Assembly (NCBI GenBank): GCA_037447605.1
Contig: CM074805.1
Span: 1,397,361-1,461,360 of the forward strand
Direction of reading: 5' to 3'
DNA from: Zygnema circumcarinatum SAG 698-1b
Taxonomy: Eukaryota; Plantae; Zygnematophyceae
DNA: 64,000 nt
The notes beneath the pieces were generated by a model, which worked only from the letters and a program-made list of their open reading frames with translations, had not been told where the DNA came from and searched no databases. Shown here one piece after another: positions 51,339 through 63,578 of this stretch. Numbering within the stretch: position 1 is the stretch's first letter; each line of letters begins with the position of its first letter. Position numbers and translations under genes: made by a program.

Positions 51339-51661
51339 CGGCAAGAGCCCTCCCATTTCATCATTTCATCATTTCATCACTCTCCCTCCGGTTTTGCGCA
51401 TTTGCAAGGACTCGATTTTATGTCACACCACTGGATTGAGACCCAGCCAAACTTTGTACGGCCGCGTGATCAAATGCAGGGAATGTCCGTACCGTACAGT
51501 AGTTCCATGTACAGTAACTGTTTGTGCCATACAAAAGCGTTGTACGGTCCCGTGGAAGATGCAATACGGCCGCCAGGACAGCCTTGGTGGCCTCTCCGTT
51601 TCCCTCCCTCACCCTCTCCCTCTCCCTCTTCCCTCTCCTTCTCTTTCTCTGCGAGAGAGAC

Positions 51662-52045
51662 ATGGTGGGGTGGGGCCTCGTGCTCTGGTTCTCAGGGGAC
51701 GAGCAGCCGCGGACTGCGCCTCCTGCTGGGGAGCCTGCGGAAGGGAAGTTTGCGGTGGAGCTGGACGCCATTAAGAGAGGGGAAGCTGCCGCCAACCTGC
51801 AGACCTCGCATGCTTCACCGCCCTCGTTTGATCTTCTGAGTTCTGCAGATACTTCGGGCGTGGGGTCGTCCGCTAGTGGCTCACAGTCTTTTGCAAGGTC
51901 ATGTGTTCGCACGAAGTCGACTTCCAGGCTGTCATCAAGGCCGGATACCTCGCCGGGCAAGGCCACAGCTGTCGCTAGGACTGTGTCTCCTACTACTCAG
52001 GCTCCCACTCCGAGTCTTCAAGGAGGACATCTCAGACAGGAGTAG
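51662..52045 (+). CDS. Short 127-aa Ser/Pro/Ala-rich ORF directly upstream of the PAXX-like gene (small protein or long uORF)
   Basis: ATG follows a CT-rich 5'UTR-like tract and the ORF has coding-like composition. It ends in TAG at 52045 with no strong in-frame donor to join the downstream exons. Confidence 0.4.
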   Translation: MVGWGLVLWFSGDEQPRTAPPAGEPAEGKFAVELDAIKRGEAAANLQTSHASPPSFDLLSSADTSGVGSSASGSQSFARSCVRTKSTSRLSSRPDTSPGKATAVARTVSPTTQAPTPSLQGGHLRQE

Positions 52046-52324
52046 CGTGTAACCTATGATTGAGGAGACTTAGAATTAGAAGGACAGATTTTCTTTCGTT
52101 TTTCTTCGTTTATACGTCGACTCTTAGCCCTTTTTTTGCAGTATTGGCACCAGTCATCTACTTTGGCTTTCATCCACTTTGAGTTGAGTGGTCGCAAGAG
52201 TTGTCGCTCTCAAAGTACCATTTGAAGCAGTCCAAAACAAATGGGCAAGCTGCGGTTGGTGCTTCCAGTTTAAAGCCTCTTTCGGCTTCCAGGGATTCTT
52301 AGAAAGCACGGCAATGGAGGCAAA

Positions 52325-55300
52325 ATGTCAACAATGGTTTCCACTTCCCTCTCCGCTTTTAAGATGGTTGTTGGAAGAGCACGCAACAGTGTATTGACTC
52401 CGCCTTTGGTACAAGAGTTTATATTTTCTATGAAACGAACGTCGGATGGACTTCGAGTCGTGGCCAGTGACTTCAAGAAAAGTTCATGGGAGGCATCTTT
52501 GTCCGAGTTGATGCTGCATGAGTTGGTAAGCTCCTCTTAGCATCATCACAGTTCTTGCATTTGCTTATTTCTCCATCAGCATGTAGATAAAACGCAGTTT
52601 GGTCTAAGGTCTTTTTCACCCATTTTGTTGTTAACTGGGTGCGAGACGAATGTTTTTCGGAGTATCTGTATGTTTAAACAAGATTTGTGGCTTCTACTCT
52701 GCTTGATCGTTTGCTTGTTTGAAGTAACTCTGATCGTTTGGACTTTGGTGGCTGGGTTTGGCAAATGCAGCAGGAGAAAATTGGTATTAGAGGAGGTTTT
52801 GATGACTTTCTGCTGTGGATGCACGATGCCTTCTCATCTGAAATCGTTCGCTTTTCTATCGATGAGGAGCCATCTGCAGCTACTGCTAATGGTGGGCAGC
52901 AGACGTGTAATTGTAACATAGATTCAACAGAATAAGTTTTTTTTCGTAAACTTCAAACCAAATTTTGAGCTGACTCGTCAAGCGGTGCTCGGTTGATGCA
53001 ACTGAACGTACTCGAGATTTAACTTGCAGAAAAAGCAAATGCAGTTGCTGGAAGCCTGCTGCTTCTCCATAGAAAGCCGTTTCCAGAGAAAGAAAAGGGA
53101 AACATCTCGCTCGACGCTCGCCATTGGAACAAGAGCAAACCAATCAGACACTTTCCAATCTCGCCATCTCAAATGTTTCGGAATGTGCCTGTCGAATGGA
53201 CTTTGTGATCAATGTGGTGTGCATGGAAAACCATAGACTGTTTGGTTTTCTTTTTCCTGAAACAAAAGAAGGTTTCAAGGAATTGTTGAGCGTCGCACAG
53301 TAGACCAAGGAATACTTTATAGTCACAAACGTACCAAACAGGGCTCCTATCAACTCTGTCTTTTGCTAAGCTCAACCCTGGTACTCTTGTTACTTTTTTT
53401 TTTTTTTTGACTGCATGCTTTCATTTCTTGAAAATGAATAGTTTTTACGACACCACTGCTTTCAGTCAGCCATTCATTGCCCTTTCGGTTATTGTGTTTT
53501 ACTGAAAACGTAATCACGCATGTGCTTGCGCTTGACTTATCCTGGACAGTTTTGGATGCTCTCATGGACTTTTTTTGGAATTTCTGGCATGGATCTGGAT
53601 AGGCTGGGAGTGGTTAGTGATGTGCTTTATATTCTACTTTTGTTAGTGTACCAACGGCAAGGTGGAACTTGCGAGCTGAAATCGCAGTTTAATTTACTGT
53701 CTGCAGGTGGGAATCAAGGGACTCTTACTGGACAACGCTTGAAGGATGACCCACGTGTACGGATAAAGTTAAGAAGGATTGAAGGGCAGTTGGCCATGGA
53801 TGCCATGGCTGCTCTTGGATTTGACCTCTTCCAGCACTCCACTGAGCAGACTTTGGAGCTTGCGCAAGGTAATGAGATCTATCCTGTGTTGTTGATTGCC
53901 TGTTTTGGAGTAGAGCTACTAGTCTTAGAGGTAACTGGCCATGTTTAGTGTATCGTAAGAAGTTTTATACTTCTCGAGCTTCTAATGAACTTAACGACAC
54001 ATCAGGAGTCATAACAAATTTTGAAAGTTAGTCCTGGATAAAGTGCAGATTTGTGGTACGATTTGCTGCTCAAGGCAAGCGCTTTGGGTTGAGTTTATGG
54101 CAGCTAGCACCACATCTTCTACAGTTCTCAGGTTTCTTGTCCTCGGCATTTGGGGTGGTGTGGAATGCAGAAAAGGCGAAGTATGAACAATTGGGGATTG
54201 TTTTGGCGGCTGAAAGGGTGGGCATTCTTGCCCTACCAAATTCATGGCACATGTACATATTTCTAAATTTCAGTTGCAGAAACCAACAAAGTGAGGCATG
54301 TAGAGGATAAGCAGGCAAGAGGCAGAAGATATGGGAACCTGACGAATGAAACGTGTTTTCAAAAGTATAGATGATCGTAAACACCCGAACTCTCAGACTT
54401 TGGAGCCTTTAGAAAGTTTGGAAGGGGGGTGGCAGCATAATCCAACACGGTGTGAATAAGTTTCAGGATGCAGTCTTTGTTTCTCTCTTTCACTTCAGCG
54501 AATAATGTTCTGCTGTTCATTTCTGCCTCTGCTGTTTTGGAATCTTCAGGCGAGAGCGGAGGACTTGTCACAACAGCTGCATGAGCTTGTGGGGAAAGGT
54601 CAACCTGGACGAAGGCGAGCTGCTCGGCTTCACCCACCGGGATCGCAGAAAGAGAATAAAAAATCACTTAACGAGAGGTCAAGTCATGATAGATCTGGGT
54701 TGACTCAGGCAGACACACAGTCACCTGTGGCGAGTCAAACAGGTCAGAATGTGTATTTCTTATCCCAGGAGTTTCCCCGCTTAAAAATCAATTAATTTCG
54801 GTGTGCTGTTAGTCTAAAATGTTCCTTCCCCTCATGGTACCTATTGTTGCCCTGCCTTTCCTGCAAGCGTCAGCTACAAGTCAAGTGTAAGTCTTATTCA
54901 AGGATCACATCTCCTGAGTGGGGCAGCAGTTGAATTTCCAATGAGATTCCCGAACAGACGAAATGATTTGCAAGGCAAGGAAGGCTATGCATGACAAACA
55001 CGCAGCAGACTCAGTTATCAAACTGTGTGATACAGAGCTCCTTCGTTGACAGGACTCCCCTTGTGATACTTCACCTTTTTCTTTTCAGCAGAGGTGGCCT
55101 GCAGCGATGTTGTCGCCAGTCAAAATGTGGACGAAGGTGGAGGGGTACAATCACAAAAGAGGACGCTACCAACGAAATTGGTTTCATCTAGAAGGTGGGA
55201 ATTCGTTTCAATCCGACTCTCCTTCTAGCTATCTCCGATTTCCTGGAGGACGATGCAAAGTCAGTGAAATTCATCCTGTGCATTTCTTCCTTTCAGAATC

Positions 55301-55530
55301 TATTCTCTCTTTCTTGCTATCCTCACCCTGACCCTCTCCCACTCCCCTCTCCCCTCGCCCCCTCTCCCCCGCTCCCCACCGCTCCCCCCTTTTCCCCCTC
55401 CCTTCTCTCCACCCCCTTCCCTTCTCAAATGCCACAAGCATTTAGCCACACCTCTCATTCATCTTAAGATTGCATGTGCAGGGTTCGGCACAGAGGCCAA
55501 GGAACGAAAATTGAGGAGTGCTGCGATTGA
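52325..55530 (+). CDS. PAXX: Plant PAXX-like XRCC4-superfamily NHEJ factor, 291 aa
   Basis: Exons 52325-52525, 52771-52891, 53707-53868, 54171-54217, 54550-54742, 55092-55194, 55482-55530 (876 nt, phases consistent). LRVVASDFKKSSWEASLSELMLHELQEKIGIRGGFDDFLLWMHDAFSSEIVRF and GQRLKDDPRVRIKLRRIEGQLAMDAMAALGFDLF parallel the angiosperm family motif (TDFHSNTWE..LEDMRDSIGIGGSWSEF..KSKGMPRISISL..EAMANLSLELF), which I recall being identified as plant PAXX. A coiled coil and a basic C-terminus follow. Confidence 0.68.
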
Positions 55531-57756
55531 TAGGATCGTATCCTCGCCGTGACGTGATTGTGATGTCACCCATTCTTTGGACGTCATGACAAATGGCAAT
55601 TCCAGGTGCTCTGGAATGTCATGCAGGCAGTCTTCGAAAGAGCTTTTGGAAGGTCGGTCGCAAAATGGCCAAGCTTGAACCGCTCCCTTTTTCCCCGCTG
55701 AGGTTCGAGTCAGAGAGCGTATCGTTTTTACTATTGTGAATAAGCCTCAGCGATTTCCGCAGACCTTCAGCAGCAGCTGCAGTAGAGTCTCACGGGTGCA
55801 GGGAAGGTCATGTTCCTTGATGGCCTGTTCGTTTACATGCGGGTTGGCGTCGCCCACCGGCTTGAATGCAGATTGGAGGGTCTATTTTCCATCTAAAATT
55901 TTTGGGGCAAAAGCCTGCCACTGGTCTGAGTTCCAGTGTCTCATTTTGGTAACTGCGCAGTAATGTTTTTTGTGGGGTTGGAGGTCGCACGTTCAATTTC
56001 TCAACCTGTTTGATACTACGGTAACCGAATGTCCAATTCGGAAAAAAATGTTCCGAATTCTGAAATTCAGATGCTCGTGATAAAGCAGGGTCTCGATATT
56101 CGCGGAAGCCGGCTGCTTACGAGTTATTTACGAGTTTTCGAATTCGTAGGCCCAAACCAGCGAATTTGCGAAGAATAGTTCAAGAAGTTCATTCTGCTGC
56201 TCTTTAACTACCGAACCATTGACGGATACATGTAACCAAACTGATAATGAGACCGACGATTCTGTCGACGAGTTCGTTCCCATTTCCATTTGTGATCTTT
56301 GCTTTGACGCTCGTTTGATAAGTTGTTGGTGACTGCCCGCCCCTCCCTTAGCGCAATATGTCCACATAGAGCCATGAGTCATGAGAGCCATGTGTCCTAG
56401 AGCCATGTGTTGTTGTTGTTGTTGGGCACGGAAGCAGAGCTCCGCTCATAGCCCTTTCCTTAGGTCCCTTTGTGACCGACCGGTTGGTTTCTCGTGGTTC
56501 TCCATGTTGTCATCGTCCATGCGCATGTGATCCCCATGCGATGTGATGGCATGGTATCCCCATGCGTGAGACCCATGAGGCTATCAGTGAGGCTACCAAT
56601 TAAAATTACTTAGGGTCTCTTTAGTCTTTACACACCTTGTTTTGCTAGATTCGCACCTTTTTTCACCGGTCAGATTTTATTTTTTAGGGTTTTTAGGGTT
56701 TTGGGTTTTTTTTTTTTAAGGTGGTAAAACAAAAAATTAAATTGGAAATTATCCGCTCTTCCCTTCTTTCAAAACGCTTTTCTTTTGAGAAGTACGCTCT
56801 ACTGGAACTGTAGAAAAACAGAACTGTGGGACTGTTCGGACCATAGAACATAGAACTGCGTCACAGCGGCAAGCTTTTGCATGTCGGCGGCATTTTGTCG
56901 TTTGCGGAGACAGAAAACGACCGTGACGTCACCCGTCAGAATCGGACGACCTGCGACGTGCTCTTTACCGGCTTCACCCGAAGCGTGTGACGTCATGCAT
57001 ACGTCATTTTGCTAGATGCCGTAGACCAGCCTATAACGGCTATGAAACACGTGTCAGCTCACGGATCATGAACGCCATCGGCCGAGTATATCTGGATTCT
57101 ACTTTCTGTTTTTGAGCGAAATCGAACGGCACACAGCCGCAGTGGCTTCGATTGCGGATAGACTGTTGATCCTAAATATTATGAAGTGGAATCGATTCTT
57201 GAAGTTTCCCGGAAGTGCAGCTGCAAGGGCCCTTCCCCTGAGAGGGTGCAGTCGTGCAACAAGAAACCTTCTCTTCGAGGCGGATTAGGGTAAGCATGCA
57301 GTCCTGCAAGGAGGGCTCCCATTGCAGGCGTGATATCTGAGGTGGAATTCGGAAGGAGGTGAGGATTGCAGAGGGAGGATTGCCCTCTTTCATATAACTA
57401 TTGCTTGCGCTGCAATGCCTGCTTACTTGAGTCCAGTTTTGTGGGGAGGAAAAGGCAGTTTTCTGTGCAACGACATGGGGGAAACGCGCTCTCACTGTCC
57501 TGTTTTTCTTGAGTCAGCTCGACATAGAGGATTTTTCCAGCATTGCTCTTCGGCCTGTTGCTTTCATTTGCTTTCTCTCTCTCCCTCTCTCCCTCTCTCT
57601 TTCGCTCTCTCCCTTGTTCTCTCTCGCTCTCTTTGATTCTAATTTTCCTCCCATTTTGAAATTCCTCTTATAAAAGAAAGTTTGAATCTTTTCTTTTGTC
57701 GCAATTGTCGCTTTGCATAGGCCAGGCCGCTTTTCTATTGACCTTCTCCGAGTGAG

Positions 57757-60700
57757 ATGAGTAAGTTTTTGGGTAACTCGTTGCGGAAGCTGAAGTCCGT
57801 GATACACTCTGCGGCGGACTCCTCCTCACATTCGAAGGCCCTTTCAGAAAAGGACGAGCGTCAACACAGCAGGTCAAAACCAAACGACTTTCGGAAAAGC
57901 TTATCAGAGAGGCTGACCGAAGAGTTGCTGAACGAACCTCATGAGACGGTGATTCCTGCCGTGAGGTCATGCCATAATAGAGAGGATGGCGTATCGCATC
58001 CCCATGATCGGAGGGGCAGCTGTCTGATTGAAGATCTTGATTGTTCGCCAACTGGTCCTCCTTATTATGAAGCGCCTTCCGGTGTTGAAAGGACAGCGAG
58101 CCGGCAGACAGAGCGAGCTCATGGAGGCAACGCCACCAGAAAGGGATCAATGAATAAGAGATTGTCTTTGGATGGGTATGACGTTTCGCAGCTGAAACGT
58201 GGGAATGATCTGAGGAGAGTTGCATTCGGTGTAGATGATGCAAAGAGCCGCACTACAGAGAATGGAGTGTCCGGAGAGGCTGCGAAACCTGCAGCCGCCC
58301 CACTTTCCAAGTCTGCAGTTGCGAATGGGAGCACTGTGCGGGATAATGGTGCTGTTGGAGATTTTTCGCGGAAGCCCTCTAACGCTTCCCCTTCTGGCGG
58401 AGCACGTGAAGAAGTGATTGCAGAGGGACAGGCAGCAGCAGTGCCCCCGACCTCATTAAACCAGTCAAAGGTGGCAGCAAAAGATCGTTGGAAGCGGCTG
58501 AAGAACAGCGTAGTGTTTGCTAACCATGTGAGCTCTTTCATCAAATGTTGAACTGGTAATTACAGCATATTGTGCATTTCATGTTTACCGTTAGAGCGTC
58601 GTTATGGAATTGTATAGTATGGTCATTGAGTCAGTCGGCTAGTTTCGACATCGCCGAAGGGTTCCCAGTTAACCTGCAGTTTGTTTGTGCTTTCTGGTCT
58701 AAAGATAGTGAGAATTACCAACAGATAGGAGGAAGGACACGTATGCCTCCGTGCCCTTTGTTAGGGGGTGAGCTCTTCAGTCAAGTGCTTGATCTCGTTG
58801 TTGGCCCCGCCTTTGCTTCTGCAAGCATCCGGCGATGGAAGTTTTTGACGTTTCAGACTGTTTTGCTGTTGACACTAGAAGAGAGCCCTAGGAGTGTGTT
58901 CTGTTCTTATAAAAATCTTGTAGACACATATGTTTTCGCGTGGGATTTGGAAAGGCTAAACACTAACCTCTCCTTCGTTTCCATCTCTTTTTTTTTTTTT
59001 TTTCTTTCTATGCTGCAGATCTCCGCTAATTTCAAACCTGGGAGAACAGTTGATCTGTTGGACGAAGGTGCAGGCATTGCAGCGACCATGGCGGACGAAA
59101 ATGCGAAGGCGACGGAAACAGAAGGCACTAGAGAGAGTGGGAACAGTGCAGACAAACGGTCTCAGAACCATGGGGTCTTTAAGGCGAAGGGAAAGGCTGG
59201 TCTCGACGGCTTGATAGTGAAGCAAGACAAGTCATTGTTGTGCAGATTCAACGACTTTTATGTGAAGTGTTTGAAGGTACATACCTGCGTTTTCTTATAG
59301 CTTTGTGCATACTCGGCCATTTCCTTGCTGATGGCAGCCACCACTTATAGTACGGTGAGAGGTAGAAATAGGAAATAGCCGGGAAAAAGAGAGTTAGGAC
59401 TTTTAGCTTCTGCTATGCTGCACTGCTCGTTCTGACTTCTTCTCCCCCCTTGCAGCTGCCTACGCCTCTCTTTGTTGCAGGAGTCTTTTCCAGTCCCGTC
59501 ATTTTGGGACTCCTGTTTACGCCTTTCTATCTTTTAGACATTGATGGCCTCCAATTCCACGACAACGCCATACAGGAGTGTCCTGTCGACGGGGGCTTCT
59601 TAGCTTTCGTTTCTTTCCGGTGTTCAATTCTTGTCAACGTGTTTCTCTACGCGTAAGTTGTCCTCATCCTGCTTCTCGAGGTTTCTCGCTAGCATCTCAA
59701 GGAAGAAGCTCGGCCATTTTTGGTTTCATGGTGAGAGCATGAGTTGATTTTTTTACTTTGTATCACATGTTTTATCGTTTTCAACCTTGCATGCAGGCTT
59801 TCACTCTCTACAACGTTTGGAGGTTCCCCTATTGCAGCAATCTCACCATATGCGTTGATTGTGGCGAACTTGAACACGCTTGTGGCACAGCTACTCTTTG
59901 TTTTCTTGAGTGGTGCTGGTATTACTCAATGCCTCTGAACCAATGTCATCTTGTTTATTCACTTGGCAAAATGAACTATCGGAATGTTGTGGTGAGCAAT
60001 AGTATCAAATATTGTCACTTTTTTCTTTCTGAAAGGCTCGTTGTCTGTGTTTAGGCAAAATGTCAAGTGTAAGAGGACCTCTGCACGTGTCTGTTTCTTT
60101 GCGGTTTCAGCTCCTGCCTTTGCCATTTTTTTCAGTGTGGTTTCTTTGAGTGGGTGCACGTTTCTGCAGTGTTTGCCCGAATGTCTCAGCCAGGGCAATC
60201 GGTCCGCTGCTCTCGAAAGGCCATTATTAGGAAGGATGACATTTTTCCCAGTCTTAACTCGACTTCGGTCAACATTGACGGGGAGAAAAAAGTACAAAAG
60301 TGAGTCCAAACGTCAGAAGATGGCTCTATAATCGCGAAAAGTTCGTTTTCTCGGCGAGAGTTCTTTCTTGTTTTGAGAAACTAACATTGCCGTAATCAGT
60401 TTAACCGTTTACATGCAGAGCAGTTGATTTTCAATATTTGCTTGAAGAATACACTCCCTGCTGCCTGTTTCCATCCGGCCGCCCTATTTAGTATATACGT
60501 CTTTGTCTCTCTCCCTCTCTCCCTCTCTCCCTCTCTCCCTCTCTCCCTCTCTCCCTCTCTCCCTCTCTCCCTCTCTCCCTCTCTCCCTCTCTCCCTCTCT
60601 CCCTCTCTCTCTCACGCACACACGTACGTACACACCTAATCCAACACTCTCTGCGCTGCTGCATCCTGCAGCAAAGTGTTTGCGATGAGATTGGTTCTGA

Positions 60701-62126
60701 CGGGGCCGGACCCATGCGAGCTTGTGGACGTCAAAATCTGCCTCACGTTTCGCATCTTCCTGAGGTTACCCTCCGGCTCTATCTTCTGCTCCACGCACGA
60801 CCTGCCCCTCGTCAGGTCGGAGGTAAACCCTTCGGAAACCCATCGCCGGATGCGGGTTACAGGGAGATGGGGAGCAGAGGAGGGGGCATGGACAGCTAAC
60901 TGCTGACGCAGAGTGAAGCATGCTGTTGTTCAGGTTCGCTACGCTGATTTTGCGATGACTTGGCTAAGAGATGGCAGAGTTGTTTCGACGTTTTTTGAAT
61001 ATGCTTGTGCTGTATTGCAGGTTGCGTACCTCCGATATGGCTTGATGTGCCGGCACATCATCGATGAGAAGAGTCCGGTGTATGGCCTTACAAAGGAGTC
61101 GTTGTTGGAGGGAGATGCTTCTTTCTCAATCACTGTTGTGGGTATGGAAAGGACTTCAATGCAGTCCATATTCCATATACAGGTGGGCATACCACAGCGT
61201 TCCAAAGTCCGCACGTTTCTTCTTTTTTCGAAAAGTCAAACTTCTGCTCTTTGAACAGGGTTGGAGAGTTCTAGTTGAACCGAAACGGGGTCATTTGAGG
61301 CCCTTACGGAATTTTGCTATAGACAGAGAGGCAGGCAAATGGACTATCACTCGGAGTGCCCATGTCCGACCTTATGTGCCCCTTCGATGTTTTGCATTAC
61401 TCAAATGGGCAGATGCACACCTACTTATACCTCCGCATGTTTTTGTCAAACAGGATTACTTTGTGTATGATGGGGATGTGGTGTGGGATGGAGATTATCA
61501 TGACTTTGTCTATGTGAACGAACACGGCGTTCGGGTGCTTGACCATTCGAAACTAGATCATATCAAGTACTTCAAGGTGAGCTCGTTTCTAACGTTTCTT
61601 GTGAAGCAGTTTGTGTTGCATTTGCTTCTGTACCTGATGGGCCCTTGGAGTGAAGCATGGACGATATCGGCTCGCTCACTCATGCCCTTAACGCAACCAG
61701 TTCTTGGCAGCATGGCTCCTTCCTATTGCATTAGTGTTTGTGTGAAGGTCAACTCGTTAGGCTATGCAGAGGTAGATCGTTCATGGTCGTGCTCGTGTGT
61801 TCCTCCAGGTGGGCGGCCTGGTCAGCACTGCCATCACTAGAATGAGTACAGATGCCAATAAACGGAAGGAGGAGGAGAGGGAGAAGGCTCTCAGTTCCTG
61901 GGAGGCCCTGCGCGTGTCCACCCACAAGGTAGTGGGAGAGATGGGAGAGGCTGTGAGCGACGCTGCAAGCAGCACTGCCAGCTCTCTGTTTGAGTGGTTT
62001 GGAGGGGCACGTGATCGACCGAAGGAGCCGCTCTCAATGGACAGAAGCGGATCGTTCACGCGCGGCCTGGGGGGAGGAGCTCTGCCTCCGCAGAGGGGCG
62101 GCGAGGAAAAGGATAAAGCATTGTAA
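57757..62126 (+). CDS. Inward-rectifier (Kir/IRK)-family channel with a non-canonical filter TTFGG, 743 aa
   Basis: Exons 57757-58527, 59019-59276, 59456-59652, 59797-59918, 60170-60299, 60672-60822, 61021-61182, 61454-61576, 61809-62126 (2232 nt). Architecture is slide helix FNDFYVKCLK, TM1, pore helix/filter FLYALSLSTTFGGSP, TM2 ending LSGAVFARMSQP, then a Kir cytoplasmic domain (AMRL, CELVDVKICL, RHIIDEKSPVYG, FSITVVGME..MQSIF, DVVWDGDY.DF, LDHSKLD). Confidence 0.88.
60506..60612. repeat. (CTCTCTCC)n octamer repeat in a Kir intron
   Basis: About 13 tandem units, read directly. Confidence 0.9.
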
Positions 62127-62576
62127 CCGGGTTTTTTTGTCGCTTGATTGTTTCCGAGTTACTTTGCGGAGGGGTGGGAGAGCTTGTTCATAAGTTTTGG
62201 GGGTTAGGCTTAGGTAATGGATGTCCGGGTTGATCCATACTGAAAGAATTGTACAAAGTTTGGCTAAACGCGCCTTCTGAGGAATGATGAGTGCCTGCAG
62301 AATAGGTAGATACGCTGGCATGTCCAGAGCTCATCTCGGCATATGTAATGCGGCTTATACGGGCTGTAATAGCATCTGCCGCCAGCACTCTACGGCCAGT
62401 TGAAAGGATTTGCATAATGCTTAAATGAATGAAACTGGCTGTGGTTGCATGCTCGCTAATAGTGCTGCCATTGCTTGTCTCGTGATCTTTATAACGGCCC
62501 ATCTAATCTTCCTTTCGAAGGAGGTAGCTCCCCCCCTCCCTTGCTTCCTCCCACTCCCCCTCCCCCTCCCCCTCCC

Positions 62577-62586
62577 NNNNNNNNNN
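62577..62586. other. Assembly gap (10 N) within a C-rich tract
   Basis: Literal N run. Confidence 0.99.
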
Positions 62587-63578
62587 CCCCACTTTTTCTC
62601 TCGCTCTCTCTCTCCTCTCCCTCTCTCCTCTTTCCTCTTTCCTCCCTCTTCCTCTCCCTCTCTCTCTCTGCTGTTGCTGCTCTTGCGAAGAACCTTCGAC
62701 CCCTCCCTCTCTCTCGCGCCCGCTCTGCTGTTCCGCTCCCGCGTCATGTCACGTCACGGGAACCTTCTTCGGCGCTTCGGCCCGGGCCAGTCCGGTCGCG
62801 GCGGGCGGGCGCAGGCATTATTATCATTTGTACGGACCGGCTAATTGCGCCGCCTGGAGGGCCGCCGCTCTGCCCGGCGGACGCCTCACGGACGCCTCAC
62901 GGACGAGGCGGAATTTAGACATGCGTTTTTTTTCCAAAGATTGCGGGCAGGAAGTGAAGATATTTGACTCGTGACACGACACCGCGCGACGCGGCACTGG
63001 CCAGAGCCACGTCCTGTCCTGTCACGTTCCTTGGCGTCATATCGACCGTTAGATTCCTTCTCTGTGTGAAGAGCACGGCTGCGATTGACTGTTTGACTTG
63101 GGTTGACCCATTTTTTTTTTTCTAGGTTTTTTTAAATTGTCAGCTGGTTGAGCGAAAATTTGTGAGGTCAGAAGGGAGGGAGCCGAGGCCGGGGCAGGTC
63201 TGCAAGGAGTGAGGGAGAGCTCCTGCAAGCCTGTCTGGGGCTTGGCTGGGCTAGTGGGTGCCTGTGGGGCTGCATATGTATATGGGGAGAGGAGCAGAAG
63301 CAGGCAGGCTGCTGCAAGCGGAAAGACTGTGAAGGTCTGAGCTTTTGCTCCGTTAAGGTAGGGGAATTCACGCTGAGGTGGGAGCCTGTCAGGGGCTGCT
63401 CACAATTGTAGCGATTCGGGAGGTGGGCCCGAGAAGGGAAGAAGAAGCAAGGGCTGGGAATCACTCGTGTTAGGGGGTCGTTACATTGTGTGTTTGAGAG
63501 GTGGGAGGTAGCTGGCGAATACGGGTAGCGCTTGCAGCCAGGTGCATCGTGCTTAGAGCTCCCAGTGTTTGGTTCAAG

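Noticed and set aside
55650-55715. tRNA or tRNA-derived SINE (A-box-like TCGCAAAATGG, B-box-like GGTTCGAGTC)
   Set aside because: No cloverleaf or acceptor stem, and an internal TTTTT would terminate Pol III.
60913-61020. Extra in-frame 5' extension of Kir exon 7
   Set aside because: The expected RSE|VAYLRYGL continuity points to the acceptor at 61020. An upstream in-frame acceptor near 60933 exists but would insert about 29 aa into the folded domain.
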